The notes below the pieces were generated by a model. It was not told where the DNA came from, did not search any database, and worked only from the letters and a program-made list of their open reading frames with translations. This document shows, piece by piece, positions 5,375 through 15,728 of a stretch of DNA of 34,629 bases (position 1 is the first letter of the stretch; every line of letters starts with the position of its first letter). The stretch is taken from assembly GCA_017619685.1 (NCBI GenBank), contig JAFZRW010000024.1, positions 1-34,629 on the forward strand, read 5' to 3'. The position numbers and the translations under genes are program-made. Source of the DNA: Schwartzia sp. (in: firmicutes) (GTDB taxonomy: Bacteria; Bacillota; Negativicutes; Selenomonadales; Selenomonadaceae).

Positions 5375-6391
5375 ATGATTATCGTGATGAAGCCGGGTTC
5401 CAGTGAGGAAAATCTTTCGCGCGTAAAAGAGAAGATCGAGCGCGCGGGGCTGTCGTATCATCTGTCCGTAGGGGAGTCGCGCACGATCGTCGGCGTGATC
5501 GGCGACAAGAAGGTCATCAGCAGCCTGGAGGAGAATATGAACGCGCTGGACGGCGTGGAAAAGGCCGTCCGCATCACGGAGAAATATAAGCTCGTCAGCC
5601 GCGAATTCCATCCGGAGCCGACGGTGATCGACGTGCGCGGCTTCAAGATCGGCGGCGAGGAACTGGCGATCATGGCGGGGCCGTGCGCGGTGGAGAGCAT
5701 GGAGCAGCTTCGCGAGGCCGCGGCCGAGGTCAAGAAGGGCGGCGCGCAGTTCCTTCGCGGCGGCGCGTTCAAGCCCCGCACTTCTCCGTACGATTTCCAG
5801 GGGCTGGCCGAGGAAGGGCTGAAAATGCTCCGGGCAGTGGGCGACGAATTCGATCTTCGCGTCGTGACCGAGATCGTCGATCTGAACGACGTGGAGCTCA
5901 TTTCCAAATATGCGGACGTGCTGCAGATTGGCGCCCGCAATATGCAGAATTTCCGGCTTTTGCAGGCGGTCGGTCATGGGACGAAGCCGGTGCTCCTGAA
6001 GCGCGGCCTCTCGGCGACGATTTCCGAGTGGCTGAACGCGGCTGAATATATCATGAGCGCGGGCAACGAGAACGTCATGCTCTGCGAGCGCGGAATCCGC
6101 ACCTATGAGACGTTTACGCGGAACACCCTCGATCTTTCGGCGGTGGCGGCGGTCAAGGAACTGTCTCATTTGCCGATCATCGTCGATCCGAGTCACGGCA
6201 CGGGCCGCTGGCAGATGGTGCAGCCGATGGCGCGCGCGGCGGTGGCGGCGGGCGCGGACGGCCTCATTATCGAGGTGCACCCGCATCCGGAAGTCGCGCT
6301 GTCCGACGGCGACCAGTCTTTGACGCCGAAGAATTTCCGCGCGACGATGGACGAAGTGCGGAAGATCGCCGCCATCATGGGGAGAAAATAA
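5375..6391 (+). CDS. aroF: 3-deoxy-7-phosphoheptulonate (DAHP) synthase, type I-beta with N-terminal regulatory domain
   Basis: GPCAVES, LRGGAFKPRTSPY, QIGARNMQN and DPSHGTG motifs. ATG 5375 has a GAAAGGGGAA SD. Confidence 0.93.
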   Translation: MIIVMKPGSSEENLSRVKEKIERAGLSYHLSVGESRTIVGVIGDKKVISSLEENMNALDGVEKAVRITEKYKLVSREFHPEPTVIDVRGFKIGGEELAIMAGPCAVESMEQLREAAAEVKKGGAQFLRGGAFKPRTSPYDFQGLAEEGLKMLRAVGDEFDLRVVTEIVDLNDVELISKYADVLQIGARNMQNFRLLQAVGHGTKPVLLKRGLSATISEWLNAAEYIMSAGNENVMLCERGIRTYETFTRNTLDLSAVAAVKELSHLPIIVDPSHGTGRWQMVQPMARAAVAAGADGLIIEVHPHPEVALSDGDQSLTPKNFRATMDEVRKIAAIMGRK

Positions 6392-7279
6392 ATGGAGCGC
6401 CTGAATCTCGCCATCATCGGCGTCGGCCTCATCGGCGGCTCTTTTGGTCTCGCGCTGAAAAGCCGCCTCGGGGATAAGGTGCATATCACGGGCCTCTGCC
6501 GCACGCAGGCGTCGATGGACGCGGCGGTGGCGCGCGGCGCGGTGGACGAGGCGTCGGCGGATATCGGGAAAGTCGTGAAGGACGCCGACGTGATCTATCT
6601 CAGCACGCCCGTGCTCCAGATCGTGCCGATGGTCAAAAAGATCCTGCCGTTCGTCAGGGAGGGCGCGGTGCTTACCGATGCGGGCAGTACGAAATCGTAT
6701 CTCTGGGAAACGATTCGGCCGATTTTGCCGTCGCACGTCTACTATGTTTCCGGTCATCCGATGACGGGCAAGGAGAAAAGCGGCGTCGAGGCGGCGGACA
6801 AGGACCTTTTCCTGCATAAATGCTACGTCGTCCTTGAGGAGACCACCGCGCCGAAGGACGTCTTCGACAAAGTGGTCGACCTGATCCGGCTGACCGGCGC
6901 GAATCTCACGACGCTTTCCACGGCGAAGCACGACCGCTGCGCGTCGCTGATCAGTCACGTGCCGCATATCACGGCCGCCGCGCTGGTCACGCTGCTCGCG
7001 GAAAATCCAGAGGACGACGAGGACAGCCTGAAGCTGGCGGGCGGCGGATTCAAGGATACGACGCGAATCGCTTCATCCAACGCGGACATGTGGGCGGACA
7101 TCTGCATGACGAACGGGCCGGCCATCGAGGCGCACCTCGCGCAGCTGCAGAAAATCCTGGCCGACGTCGCCGACGCCGTCCATCGGAAAGACCGCGCCGC
7201 CGTGCATGACTACTTCGCCGCCGCGAAGCAGCGCCGCGACAATATCCTGCACGAGACGGAGAAGATGTTTGAGATTTAA
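6392..7279 (+). CDS. tyrA: Prephenate dehydrogenase
   Basis: NAD fold IIGVGLIGGS and the GHPMTG motif. Starts immediately after the aroF stop. Confidence 0.92.
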   Translation: MERLNLAIIGVGLIGGSFGLALKSRLGDKVHITGLCRTQASMDAAVARGAVDEASADIGKVVKDADVIYLSTPVLQIVPMVKKILPFVREGAVLTDAGSTKSYLWETIRPILPSHVYYVSGHPMTGKEKSGVEAADKDLFLHKCYVVLEETTAPKDVFDKVVDLIRLTGANLTTLSTAKHDRCASLISHVPHITAAALVTLLAENPEDDEDSLKLAGGGFKDTTRIASSNADMWADICMTNGPAIEAHLAQLQKILADVADAVHRKDRAAVHDYFAAAKQRRDNILHETEKMFEI

Positions 7280-7281
7280 TG

Positions 7282-7319
7282 AAAAACGCAAGCGAAGAGG
7301 CTGTTCGCTTGCGTTTTTT
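7282..7319 (+). terminator. Intrinsic terminator after tyrA
   Basis: Stem CGCAAGCGAA/TTCGCTTGCG (7287-7296/7304-7313) followed by T6. Confidence 0.85.
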
Positions 7320-7330
7320 CGTGGGTTTAT

Positions 7331-7359
7331 TTGACAGGCTGTTTGCCTTGAAATATAAT
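7331..7359 (+). promoter_or_regulatory. Consensus sigma-70 promoter of the ABC transporter genes
   Basis: TTGACA, 17 nt, TATAAT. Confidence 0.6.
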
Positions 7360-7400
7360 TATATTATTGTTTATTTCCGAAGTGGGTGAAATGGTTGGAC

Positions 7401-8060
7401 ATGAATTTTGAGCTGATGGCGCAGGCGATGCCGCTCCTCCTGATGGGCGCGGGCGTAACGATAAAGATTACGGCGATTTCTGTGCTGCTCGGCATCTTGA
7501 TCGGACTTTTCATAGGCATTGCGCGCATATCGACGAATCGGGTGATTCATCTCGTCGCGGCGGTCTATGTCGATTTCCTGCGCGGGACGCCGCTTCTCGT
7601 GCAGATATTCCTCGTGTATTTCGCGCTTCCCGTGGTGACGGGACAGCGGATCGACCCGTTCCTCGCGGCGATTGCGGCGTGCAGTATCAACAGCAGCGCC
7701 TATGTCGCCGAGATCTTCCGCGCGGGCATACAGTCCATCGACGCCGGGCAGATGGAGGCCGGGCGGTCGCTGGGCATGACGTGGACGCAGACGATGCGCT
7801 ATATCATCGTGCCGCAGGCGGCGCGCCGCGTGATCCCGCCGCTGGGAAACGAGTTCATTGCGCTCCTGAAGGATTCGTCGCTGGTGTCGGTCATCGGCTT
7901 CGAGGAGCTGACGCGGCGCGGACAGCTCATCATCGCGCGCACTTACGCGTCGCTGGAGATATGGCTCTGCGTCGCGATCATTTATCTCGCGATGACCGTC
8001 TCGATTTCGCGGCTCGTCGCATGGCTCGAACGGAGGTATCAGATCGATGATCAGCGTTAG
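7401..8060 (+). CDS. Amino acid ABC transporter permease (His/Glu/Gln/Arg family)
   Basis: Polar amino acid permease pattern ([24 protein letters not shown]). Start is uncertain (ATG 7401 or GTG 7386). Confidence 0.9.
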   Translation: MNFELMAQAMPLLLMGAGVTIKITAISVLLGILIGLFIGIARISTNRVIHLVAAVYVDFLRGTPLLVQIFLVYFALPVVTGQRIDPFLAAIAACSINSSAYVAEIFRAGIQSIDAGQMEAGRSLGMTWTQTMRYIIVPQAARRVIPPLGNEFIALLKDSSLVSVIGFEELTRRGQLIIARTYASLEIWLCVAIIYLAMTVSISRLVAWLERRYQIDDQR

Positions 8061-8766
8061 GAATCTGAGAAAGTCCTTCGGCCGTGCGGAGGTACTGAAG
8101 GGCGTGAATCTCGATATTGCGGAAAAAGAAGTCGTCGTCATCATCGGCCCGTCGGGCAGCGGCAAGTCCACGCTGCTTCGCTGCCTGAATTACCTTGAGC
8201 AGCCGACGAGCGGCGAGATCACGGTGGACGGCATGACGCTGGGCGGCGGTACGGACATCAACAAGATCCGCGCCGAGGTCGGCATGGTGTTCCAGCGGTT
8301 CAATCTCTTCCCACACATGACGGCGATGGACAATATCACGCTGGCGCCGATGAAAGTGCGCGGCGTCTCGAAGGAAGAGGCGGAAGCAGACGCGCTTCGC
8401 CTGCTCGCGAAAGTCGGGCTCGCTGATCGCGCGGCGGCGTATCCCGAGCAGCTTTCCGGCGGTCAACAGCAGCGCGTCGCGATTGCGCGTGCGCTGGCCA
8501 TGAAGCCGAAGGTGATGCTTTTCGACGAGCCGACGTCCGCGCTCGATCCGGAGATGGTCAAGGAAGTGCTCCAGGTCATGAAGGACCTCGCGCGGGAAGG
8601 CATGACGATGGCGGTCGTGACGCACGAGATGGGTTTCGCGCGCGAAGTGGGCGACCGCGTGCTCTTCGTCGATCAGGGCGTGATCATGGAAGAGGGCGAG
8701 CCTGAGGAAATCTTCAGCCACCCCAAGGAAGAGCGGACGCGGGAGTTCCTGTCCAAAATCCTGTAA
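8047..8766 (+). CDS. Amino acid ABC transporter ATP-binding protein (GlnQ-like)
   Basis: Walker [10 protein letters not shown], signature LSGGQQQR, Walker [12 protein letters not shown]. Overlaps the permease end. Confidence 0.95.
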   Translation: MISVRNLRKSFGRAEVLKGVNLDIAEKEVVVIIGPSGSGKSTLLRCLNYLEQPTSGEITVDGMTLGGGTDINKIRAEVGMVFQRFNLFPHMTAMDNITLAPMKVRGVSKEEAEADALRLLAKVGLADRAAAYPEQLSGGQQQRVAIARALAMKPKVMLFDEPTSALDPEMVKEVLQVMKDLAREGMTMAVVTHEMGFAREVGDRVLFVDQGVIMEEGEPEEIFSHPKEERTREFLSKIL

Positions 8767-8881
8767 TACTGAACCGTGATTTGTTTCCTTCTCAATTCCT
8801 AAAAGATAACTATAATAGGCATATTTCCTTATGGCGGATTTTATAGGAAAATGTGATTCTTGCAACATTTTTTCATTTTAT

Positions 8882-8910
8882 TTGACACTGCCATAAAACA
8901 AGCCTATAAT
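8882..8910 (+). promoter_or_regulatory. Consensus promoter of the cold-shock gene
   Basis: TTGACA, 17 nt, TATAAT, ~65-nt 5' UTR. Confidence 0.6.
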
Positions 8911-8976
8911 TGATTCTAGTTTAGAATCCAGTTTACTAGGGAAACCAGTTTATCACTTAGGAGGAGAGTTTCAGTT

Positions 8977-9177
8977 ATGGTCGGTAAAGTCAAATGGTTC
9001 AGTGCAGAAAAGGGTTACGGATTTATTGAGCGCGAGGATGGCGGCGACGTGTTCGTTCATTTCTCTGCGATTCAGGACGAGGGATTCAAGACGCTGCTGG
9101 AAGGGCAGGAAGTAGAATTCGAGATCGTCGAGGGCGCGCGCGGCCCGCAGGCGGCAAACGTCGTCAAGAAAGCGTAA
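8977..9177 (+). CDS. Cold-shock protein (CspA family)
   Basis: [12 protein letters not shown] (RNP1) and VFVHFSAI (RNP2). 66 aa. Confidence 0.97.
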   Translation: MVGKVKWFSAEKGYGFIEREDGGDVFVHFSAIQDEGFKTLLEGQEVEFEIVEGARGPQAANVVKKA

Positions 9178-9191
9178 TTGCATAGAGAGCA

Positions 9192-9223
9192 GAGTCCGGT
9201 CTTCCAGAAGGCCGGACTTTTTT
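9192..9223 (+). terminator. Intrinsic terminator after csp
   Basis: AGTCCGG...CCGGACT stem followed by T6. Confidence 0.8.
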
Positions 9224-9326
9224 GTATGCGCGTTTGTATTTATGGTGAAAATTTTCTTCGTCGGCAGGAAAACGGGAGAAAACGGCGAAATATTTCTTGT
9301 ATAAGCTTTGTGAGGAGGAACGCGTG

Positions 9327-9704
9327 ATGCAAAAGATTCTTGTCGTGGACGACGACGATATGAACCTCAAAATGGCGGAGTTCATTTTGAAAAAGGATAT
9401 GAAGGACATCGAGGTGCTGCTGGCCGACTCGGGCATGAAGGCTATCGACCTCTTGCAGCGGGAGAAGGTCGACCTGGTGCTGCTCGATTTCCAGATGCCT
9501 ATGATGAACGGCCTGAAGACGCTGGAGATCATAAGGAAGCGCGAGGATATGAAAGATATTCCCGTCATTTTCCTGACGGCGTCGTCCGACCGCGACACGG
9601 TGGTGAAAGCGGGTATGATGGGCGTTTCCGGCTATATCAAAAAGCCGTTCATGCCGAAAGATCTGATCGACCGCGTGAGCCAAACGCTGGCGGAGAAGAA
9701 ATAG
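9327..9704 (+). CDS. Single-domain response regulator (CheY-like receiver)
   Basis: ILVVDDDDMN, DLVLLDFQMPMMNG, FLTA and K(105)P motifs. GAGGAGGA SD. No output domain. Confidence 0.9.
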   Translation: MQKILVVDDDDMNLKMAEFILKKDMKDIEVLLADSGMKAIDLLQREKVDLVLLDFQMPMMNGLKTLEIIRKREDMKDIPVIFLTASSDRDTVVKAGMMGVSGYIKKPFMPKDLIDRVSQTLAEKK

Positions 9705-9769
9705 CCAGGAGCGATTTCTCGGTTTAGATGATGATGACGTCACAGCCGCATGGAAGGGGGCGATGAAGC

Positions 9770-11131
9770 GTGGAGCAGTTCTTTGACTGGGTAGAGCATT
9801 CGTTTGTGCCGTGGGCGGGGCGACTTTCCGGCAACAAGTACATGGTGGCGATCCGCGACACCTTCTATCGGGTGATCCCCTTCATGATCGTGCTGTACGG
9901 CTTCCGTATCATCCAATGGGCAGCCCTCGATCCCGAAGGCCCGGTCATGGGCGAGAACGGCATGGGACTTGGCGCGGCCATCACGGGCGGCCTGTACGGC
10001 GAGGAATACCAAGCGACGGCTTTTTACCGCCTGTCGAAGCTTTTCTCGGAGGCGATGGATACCAGTTATATCTTGCTGCTGTTTTTCCTGACGATGACGC
10101 TTGCTATCCAGCTCACGAAGATATGGGGCGGGGATAAGTCCCTGGCGGCTTTTTGCGCGCTTGGGGGCTTTTTTATGTTCCTGCAGATGGAGGCGGATGT
10201 GGGAGCCGGCGCCGCGCAGGTCTTTGGCCATCCTCCGCTCCGGGTGCCGTCGGAGTTTATGTTCGCGGTGTTGTCGGCGCGCATACTGTCCTGGCTCGAC
10301 CGCTTTCCGCAGCTTCGGGTGAGGGTGCCGGAATCTGTGCCCGAGCGCGTGGCGAAGCCGCTGGAGCGGTGTATCCCGGCGGGCCTGACGCTCGTCTTGT
10401 TCTTGCTGCTCTGCATCGTGATTACGCAGCTTTTCGTGTTCTTCCATGGGGAGATCGACTACTTTGTCATTACGGTGTTCCGTCCCGCGTCGCAGACGCT
10501 TCTCTTTGCCTTGCTCTATCAGCTCGCGAATTGGCTGCTTTGGTGGTGCGGCCTGTTCGGGGAGGGCTTCCTCGAGATCGTCTATGATTTCGCCTATTGG
10601 CCCGCGCAGCTTGCGAACCAGGCGGCCGCTTCGGCGACGTTCGCGCCGGGGGACAGTCTGGTCCGCGGATTCGTGTTCACCAGCGAATTTTTCCGGACGG
10701 CGAACGTCCATGTGCTGGCGCTGGCGGCTTCGGTGCTGGTCTTTTCCGCCAACCGCCGCCTGCGGGGCATCACCTGGTTCATGCTGCCGCTGATGGCCTT
10801 CAATATTTCGGTGCCATACTTTTTCTGTCTGCCGGTGGTGCTGAACCCGGCAATCCTGCTGCCCTTCCTGATCGCGCCGCTGGCGAACACGGTGGTGGCG
10901 TGGGCGGCGGTTTCCTGGGGCATCGTGCCGGTGTTCCAGTTCGCCACGGCGGACACCGTGCCGATGATTTTGAGCGGCGTGCTCGGGACCGGCTCGCTGA
11001 TGGGCGGGGTGCTGCATCTGGTGGTGTTCGTCCTCGACCTCTTTATCTATGCGCCGTTTGTCATCGTGGCAAACCGCATAGACAGGGCGAAAGAAGGAAA
11101 GGGGGCGGCGAGCCATGAACAGGTCGGATGA
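9770..11131 (+). CDS. PTS EIIC-like (lactose/cellobiose family) integral membrane protein, no EIIA/EIIB partner in the operon
   Basis: N-terminus FFDWVEHSFVPWAGRLSGNKYMVAIRDTFYRVIPFMIV parallels LicC/CelB-type EIIC N-termini. Polytopic. Confidence 0.75.
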   Translation: MEQFFDWVEHSFVPWAGRLSGNKYMVAIRDTFYRVIPFMIVLYGFRIIQWAALDPEGPVMGENGMGLGAAITGGLYGEEYQATAFYRLSKLFSEAMDTSYILLLFFLTMTLAIQLTKIWGGDKSLAAFCALGGFFMFLQMEADVGAGAAQVFGHPPLRVPSEFMFAVLSARILSWLDRFPQLRVRVPESVPERVAKPLERCIPAGLTLVLFLLLCIVITQLFVFFHGEIDYFVITVFRPASQTLLFALLYQLANWLLWWCGLFGEGFLEIVYDFAYWPAQLANQAAASATFAPGDSLVRGFVFTSEFFRTANVHVLALAASVLVFSANRRLRGITWFMLPLMAFNISVPYFFCLPVVLNPAILLPFLIAPLANTVVAWAAVSWGIVPVFQFATADTVPMILSGVLGTGSLMGGVLHLVVFVLDLFIYAPFVIVANRIDRAKEGKGAASHEQVG

Positions 11132-12236
11132 GAAACGGCTGGAGGCGCGCCAGCGTCACTTCATCCTGGGCATCGTGGTCATGGTGCTGCTCTGCATCGT
11201 CGTCTCCGTGGCGGAGTTCCATACCGTGCCGAAGCAGACGCGCCCGAAGATTGGCATGATCATGCGCGGCACGAAAGACGAGGACGGCTGGAACAAGGTG
11301 CAGTACGAGGGCCTTCGGGACGCGGCGAAAGAGCTCGGCATGGACGTCATCGTGAAGGAGAACGCGCTCCGGTCCATCGGCGATTACAAAAAGATCATCG
11401 ACGGTTTTGTTGCGCAGGGCGTTCAGCGCGTTATCGTGACTTGGCATCGGTATCCGCCGGAACTGCGGGAATTTTTGCGGCAATATCCGAACATTGAATT
11501 CATCCTGCAGACGACGGAGTTTTCCGAGGACAATATGGTTTCGTGTTCGACGAGGCTTTTCGAGGTCCAATATCTGGCGGGCCTGATTGCCGGTTACCAG
11601 ACGGAGACGGGCGTCGTCGGCTATGTAGCGCCGTTCTCCTGCGTGGAGGTCAATCGGGGGCTGAACGCGTTCACTATCGGCGTGAAGCGCGCGAACCCGT
11701 CGGCGCATGTCAAGGTGGCCTGGTCCAGCGACTGGAACACGCCGGAGCGGGAGCGCGCGGCGGTGGAATCTCTTGCGATGGAGGATGTGGACGTGCTTTC
11801 CTATCAGCAGGACGGCCGAACGGTGGCCGACGCTGCCGAGAAGAAGGGCATCGACTATATCGACGCCCATGAGATGCATCCGGAGCACAGGCATTGTCTG
11901 ACCGCCGTGCAATCGGACTGGAAGACCGTCTACCATAATATCTTGAGCAGACATGTGCGGACAGGACGTATGGCGAACGCGAACAATTACCTTTGGCAGG
12001 GATTCCTTGAGCAGATCGTGTCCGTCGCGCCGCTCAGCGAATGGGTGAAGCCGAAGGCGCGGGAGGCAATCGCCCGCTCAGTCAGGGATCGGGTCAAGGG
12101 AGAACATTTGATTTACGGCGGGGAAATCTATGACAACAACGGCGTGAAACGGTGCGACGCCAAGGAAATCCTCAGCAACGAATATCTGAGAGTTAACATG
12201 AACTGGCTGGTAAAGGGGGTCGAGCAGGTTGAATAA
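11115..12236 (+). CDS. Membrane-anchored BMP-family (PnrA/Med-like) ligand-binding protein
   Basis: One N-terminal TM helix followed by a BMP-like periplasmic binding fold ([17 protein letters not shown]..., [18 protein letters not shown]). 17-nt overlap with the EIIC-like gene. Confidence 0.8.
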   Translation: MNRSDEKRLEARQRHFILGIVVMVLLCIVVSVAEFHTVPKQTRPKIGMIMRGTKDEDGWNKVQYEGLRDAAKELGMDVIVKENALRSIGDYKKIIDGFVAQGVQRVIVTWHRYPPELREFLRQYPNIEFILQTTEFSEDNMVSCSTRLFEVQYLAGLIAGYQTETGVVGYVAPFSCVEVNRGLNAFTIGVKRANPSAHVKVAWSSDWNTPERERAAVESLAMEDVDVLSYQQDGRTVADAAEKKGIDYIDAHEMHPEHRHCLTAVQSDWKTVYHNILSRHVRTGRMANANNYLWQGFLEQIVSVAPLSEWVKPKAREAIARSVRDRVKGEHLIYGGEIYDNNGVKRCDAKEILSNEYLRVNMNWLVKGVEQVE

Positions 12237-14883
12237 CGAAGCGGGAGAAAGCAAAGGCAAGAACATATTCAGCTTCGCGGCGCGGCTCGTCCTGTCTTTT
12301 GCCGTGTTCGTGCTCATCATCACCAGCATCGGTCTGCTCGTCCATTGGAAGATGAACGTGCTGATCGACTTCGAGGCGACGCATTTCGTGCGGGACAAGA
12401 CGCAGGACGCGGCCAACGACCTGACGCTGCATCTCGACAGCGTGGCGCGGGAGCTGGAGGACGCGGGCGACCTTTTCATGCGGGAGAATCTTCGTCCGTC
12501 GGCGTTTGTCGACGCGCTGGCGGCGCGCGACCCGTCGGCGACGATCGGCATCGCCGAATACGGCGGCAAGATTGTGGCGGGAATACCGTTCTTCAAGGAG
12601 GCCAGCGAGCAGATCGGATACAGCTTCCGCGGTGCGCGCGCGATCCGCAATTATGCGGGGCGGGGCGTACTGGTGACCGTGCCCGTGCTTAAGGGCGAGA
12701 ATATCCGTTATGTGCTTTATAAATTTTATCGCAGCGAGACGGTGGCCGAGCGCTTCCCGCTGCCTTCCCGCCTTGGCATGGGGCACATCTTCCTCTGCGA
12801 GCGGGGGACGGGACGCGTCGTCGCCGACTACGGCGGGAACGCCGATTCCGGGATTTTTTACAAGGAAGACGAGCAGACCTTGATCGACATTGACCGTCTG
12901 ATGCCGGGCGTCGACAAGAACGGCAACGAGGCGGTCACTACGGACGCGCTGGGCGGAGAATATTTCCCCTGCGCCGCCGAAGTGCAGAATTGGAATTTCA
13001 TGCTCGTCGGCTACGCGGACCGGGATTTCTTCTCCGGCGGGATTTCCAAGATCCATCTTCTCGTGCTTTGGGTTTTCGGCCTGCTGATCCTTCTGTTCAG
13101 CGTGTTCACCCTCTATTCGTTCACGGCGGCGCTGGCGGCGGAGGAGAGCAAGGAACTCAAAGAAGCGAAGGAAGAGGCGGAGCGTGCGAACCAGGCGAAG
13201 AGCGCGTTCCTCGCGAACATGAGCCACGAGATCCGCACGCCGATCAACGCGGTGCTGGGCATGAACGAGATGATCCGGCGCGAGGCGGACGACGAGCAGA
13301 TCCGGAAATACTCGTGGAATATCAAGAGCGCCAGCGAGACGCTGCTTTCACTGATCAATGACATTCTCGATTTCTCGAAGATCGAGTCGGGCAAGATGGA
13401 AATCGTCGAGGTATCGTATCAGCTCAGTTCTCTTTTGAACGACGTCGTGAATATGATTCGCTACAAGGCGGAGCAAAAGGGGCTCGCTTTTTACATCAAG
13501 GTGGACGAGTCGATCCCGGACAGCCTGATCGGCGACGAGGTCCGCATCCGCCAGGTCATCGTGAATATCCTGAACAATGCGGTCAAGTACACGCCGGAGG
13601 GCAGCGTGACCTTCGACGTGCAGGGCGAAAAGACCGAAGACGGGAACCTGCTGCTTCGCGTCGCGTCCATCGATACGGGGCTTGGTATCAAGGAGGAAGA
13701 CAAGAGCAAGCTGTTCTCGAAGTTCCAGCGGCTCGACGTGGAGAAGAACCGCAACGTCGAGGGCACGGGCCTCGGACTTTCCATTACGCTTCGCCTCGTC
13801 GAAATGATGCACGGCAAGATCGACGTGGAAAGCACTTACGGCGAGGGCTCGACCTTTACCATCACGCTGCCGCAGAAGATCAACGATCCTATGCCGATCG
13901 GCGACTTCGAGAAGCGCGTCGAGGCGTTCGTCAAGGGCGAGCAGGCATATCGCGAGAGCTTCATCGCGCCGGAGGCAGAGGTGCTCGTCGTCGACGACAA
14001 CAGCATGAACCTGTTCGTGTTCGAGAGCCTGTTGAAATCGACGAAGATCAATATCACGACGGCGAAGAGCGGCATGGAATGCCTCGAGAAGATTGCCGCC
14101 AAGAGATACGACATCGTATTCCTCGACCACATGATGCCGGAAATGGACGGCCTTGAGACGTTGGCGCGGGCCAAGGCGATGCCGGAGAGCCAGTGCCACG
14201 GCGTGCCGTTCATCGCGCTGACCGCGAACGCCATTGCGGGCGCGCGGGAAATGTTCCTCGAAAAAGGCTTCACCGATTACTTGTCGAAGCCCATCAACAG
14301 CAAGCTCTTGGAGCGCATGATCCAGGATTATCTGCCGGAGAGCAAGATCCTGAACCCGGAGGACGCGCCGGCGACGACGGTCGCGGAAAGCGCCGCGCAG
14401 GAAACGGCGGCGGTCGTCGAATCGGAAGCCGGAGCGGCGGAGACCGAGCCGGAAACGACCGGAAGCGCGGCGGCAGGAACGCCTGCTGCGGAATCGGCGG
14501 ACCCGGGCGGCACGGAGATCGACAAAGCGCTGGGACTCCAGTATTGCGGCGACATGGAAGAGATGTTCAAGGAATTCGTCAAGATGTTCTGCGAACGAAA
14601 AGGGGAGACCTTCGAGAAAATCCGCACGGCTTACGACGCGGAAAACTGGGAGGACTATACGACCCACGTCCACGCGCTGAAATCCACCGCGCTCTCCGTC
14701 GGCGGCAAGAAACTCTCGGAGGAGGCGAAAGCCCTCGAGATGGCCGGCCACGCTTATCTCGAAGGGCCGGAGGATGAGAAGGAGAAGCAGCTTGCCTATA
14801 TCCGCGAGCACCACGAGCCGACCCTGACGCTTTACGACGCTTATTGTGAAGAGGCGGAGAAACGAGGCTTCTGGGAAAAATAG
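12229..14883 (+). CDS. Hybrid sensor histidine kinase (2 TM, HisKA, HATPase, REC, HPt)
   Basis: H-box [12 protein letters not shown] boxes DTGLGI and GTGLGLSI, receiver VLVVDDN...[12 protein letters not shown]-terminal HPt [14 protein letters not shown] start overlaps the BMP stop. Confidence 0.93.
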   Translation: MNNEAGESKGKNIFSFAARLVLSFAVFVLIITSIGLLVHWKMNVLIDFEATHFVRDKTQDAANDLTLHLDSVARELEDAGDLFMRENLRPSAFVDALAARDPSATIGIAEYGGKIVAGIPFFKEASEQIGYSFRGARAIRNYAGRGVLVTVPVLKGENIRYVLYKFYRSETVAERFPLPSRLGMGHIFLCERGTGRVVADYGGNADSGIFYKEDEQTLIDIDRLMPGVDKNGNEAVTTDALGGEYFPCAAEVQNWNFMLVGYADRDFFSGGISKIHLLVLWVFGLLILLFSVFTLYSFTAALAAEESKELKEAKEEAERANQAKSAFLANMSHEIRTPINAVLGMNEMIRREADDEQIRKYSWNIKSASETLLSLINDILDFSKIESGKMEIVEVSYQLSSLLNDVVNMIRYKAEQKGLAFYIKVDESIPDSLIGDEVRIRQVIVNILNNAVKYTPEGSVTFDVQGEKTEDGNLLLRVASIDTGLGIKEEDKSKLFSKFQRLDVEKNRNVEGTGLGLSITLRLVEMMHGKIDVESTYGEGSTFTITLPQKINDPMPIGDFEKRVEAFVKGEQAYRESFIAPEAEVLVVDDNSMNLFVFESLLKSTKINITTAKSGMECLEKIAAKRYDIVFLDHMMPEMDGLETLARAKAMPESQCHGVPFIALTANAIAGAREMFLEKGFTDYLSKPINSKLLERMIQDYLPESKILNPEDAPATTVAESAAQETAAVVESEAGAAETEPETTGSAAAGTPAAESADPGGTEIDKALGLQYCGDMEEMFKEFVKMFCERKGETFEKIRTAYDAENWEDYTTHVHALKSTALSVGGKKLSEEAKALEMAGHAYLEGPEDEKEKQLAYIREHHEPTLTLYDAYCEEAEKRGFWEK

Positions 14884-14990
14884 CCTGCCGGTTCTTTTTC
14901 CGTCATGCTGTGTCAGAGGACGCTCGACGTAGCGCTTGACTACGACTTCGCGTCCTCTTCCTTGCCTGACGAAAAAATCCCTCGACAGGC
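14883..14990 (+). repeat. ~108-nt structured repeat element, copy A
   Basis: Roughly 85% identical (by eye) to the reverse complement of 22128-22233. Folds into a long imperfect hairpin. Confidence 0.8.
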
Positions 14991-15101
14991 TTGCACTTTC
15001 CTTGTTCAGTGGGTTCTCCAGGTTTTTTCAAAAAAAGAAGGATTTTCAGCCGAAATGCAGAAATAAATATATAATATCCTATGAAAAGGAGGATGTGTCT
15101 A

Positions 15102-15671
15102 ATGGCGACATTCACAGTGAGAGGAAGAAATATGGAGGTTACGCCGGCGCTGAAGGACTACGTCGAGAAACGCGTCGGGAAGATTGCGAAGTACTTTGAC
15201 AAGGTTGGGGAAATCACGGTGCTTTTGACCGTCTCTAAGGGACGGCACACCGTCGAGGTTACGGTGCCCATCGACAAGGGCGTTATGCTTCGCGGCGAGG
15301 AAGCGACGATGGATATGTACACGTCAATCGACCTCGTGGTGGAAAAACTCGAGCGGCAGATCCACAAGCACAAGACGAAGCTCCAGCGCCGCTTCCGCGA
15401 GGGCGGCTTCAAGGCGGAGCTGGCCGCAGAGGAGACGAAAGCGGCAAAGGCTCGTTCGGACGAGAAGGAAGATACGGGCGAATACACCATCGTCCGCACC
15501 AAGCACTTCTCTATCAAGCCGATGGACGAGCAGGAAGCGATCATGCAGATGAACATGGTCAACCACGATTTCTATGTTTTCCGCGACTCGAAAACGGAAG
15601 AGATCAGCGTCGTCTATCGCCGCGCCGACGGAAACTACGGTTTGATCCAACCGGGCGCAAAGGGAGAGTAA
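15102..15671 (+). CDS. hpf: Ribosome hibernation promoting factor (long form)
   Basis: RGRNMEVTPALKDYVEKRVGK N-terminus, a C-terminal dimerisation domain (KPMDEQEAIMQMNMVNHDFYVF), and an AAAGGAGGA SD. Confidence 0.95.
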   Translation: MATFTVRGRNMEVTPALKDYVEKRVGKIAKYFDKVGEITVLLTVSKGRHTVEVTVPIDKGVMLRGEEATMDMYTSIDLVVEKLERQIHKHKTKLQRRFREGGFKAELAAEETKAAKARSDEKEDTGEYTIVRTKHFSIKPMDEQEAIMQMNMVNHDFYVFRDSKTEEISVVYRRADGNYGLIQPGAKGE

Positions 15672-15682
15672 TCGTATAAGAC

Positions 15683-15720
15683 AAAAAATCCGCGGAAGCA
15701 AAGCTTCCGCGGATTTTTTT
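15683..15720. terminator. Bidirectional intrinsic terminator between hpf and the convergent kinase gene
   Basis: 12-bp stem ATCCGCGGAAGC/GCTTCCGCGGAT flanked by A6 and T7. Confidence 0.9.
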
Positions 15721-15728
15721 GTCCTCTG

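Noticed and set aside
5240-6967. Very long antisense or out-of-frame ORFs: 5240-6967(-), 9740-11116(-), 13348-14814(-), 16467-17837(+), 19856-21199(+), 22628-23812(-), 25892-27457(-), 29765-31786(-), 32570-33658(-), 2734-3591(-)
   Set aside because: Each overlaps a confidently recognised gene on the other strand or in another frame. Each has the Arg/His/Ala-rich low-complexity composition typical of spurious ORFs in GC-rich DNA.
7386-8766. ABC permease and ATPase without an adjacent substrate-binding protein gene
   Set aside because: Binding-protein genes are frequently encoded elsewhere, so this is not anomalous on its own.
14883-15101. Copy A of the structured repeat could be the raiA-motif RNA, because it lies upstream of hpf (a raiA/yfiA family gene)
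   Set aside because: I cannot reproduce the raiA-motif consensus from memory. The element is only ~108 nt, and a second copy sits in an unrelated context on the opposite strand. It is treated as a generic repeated structured element pending an Rfam scan.
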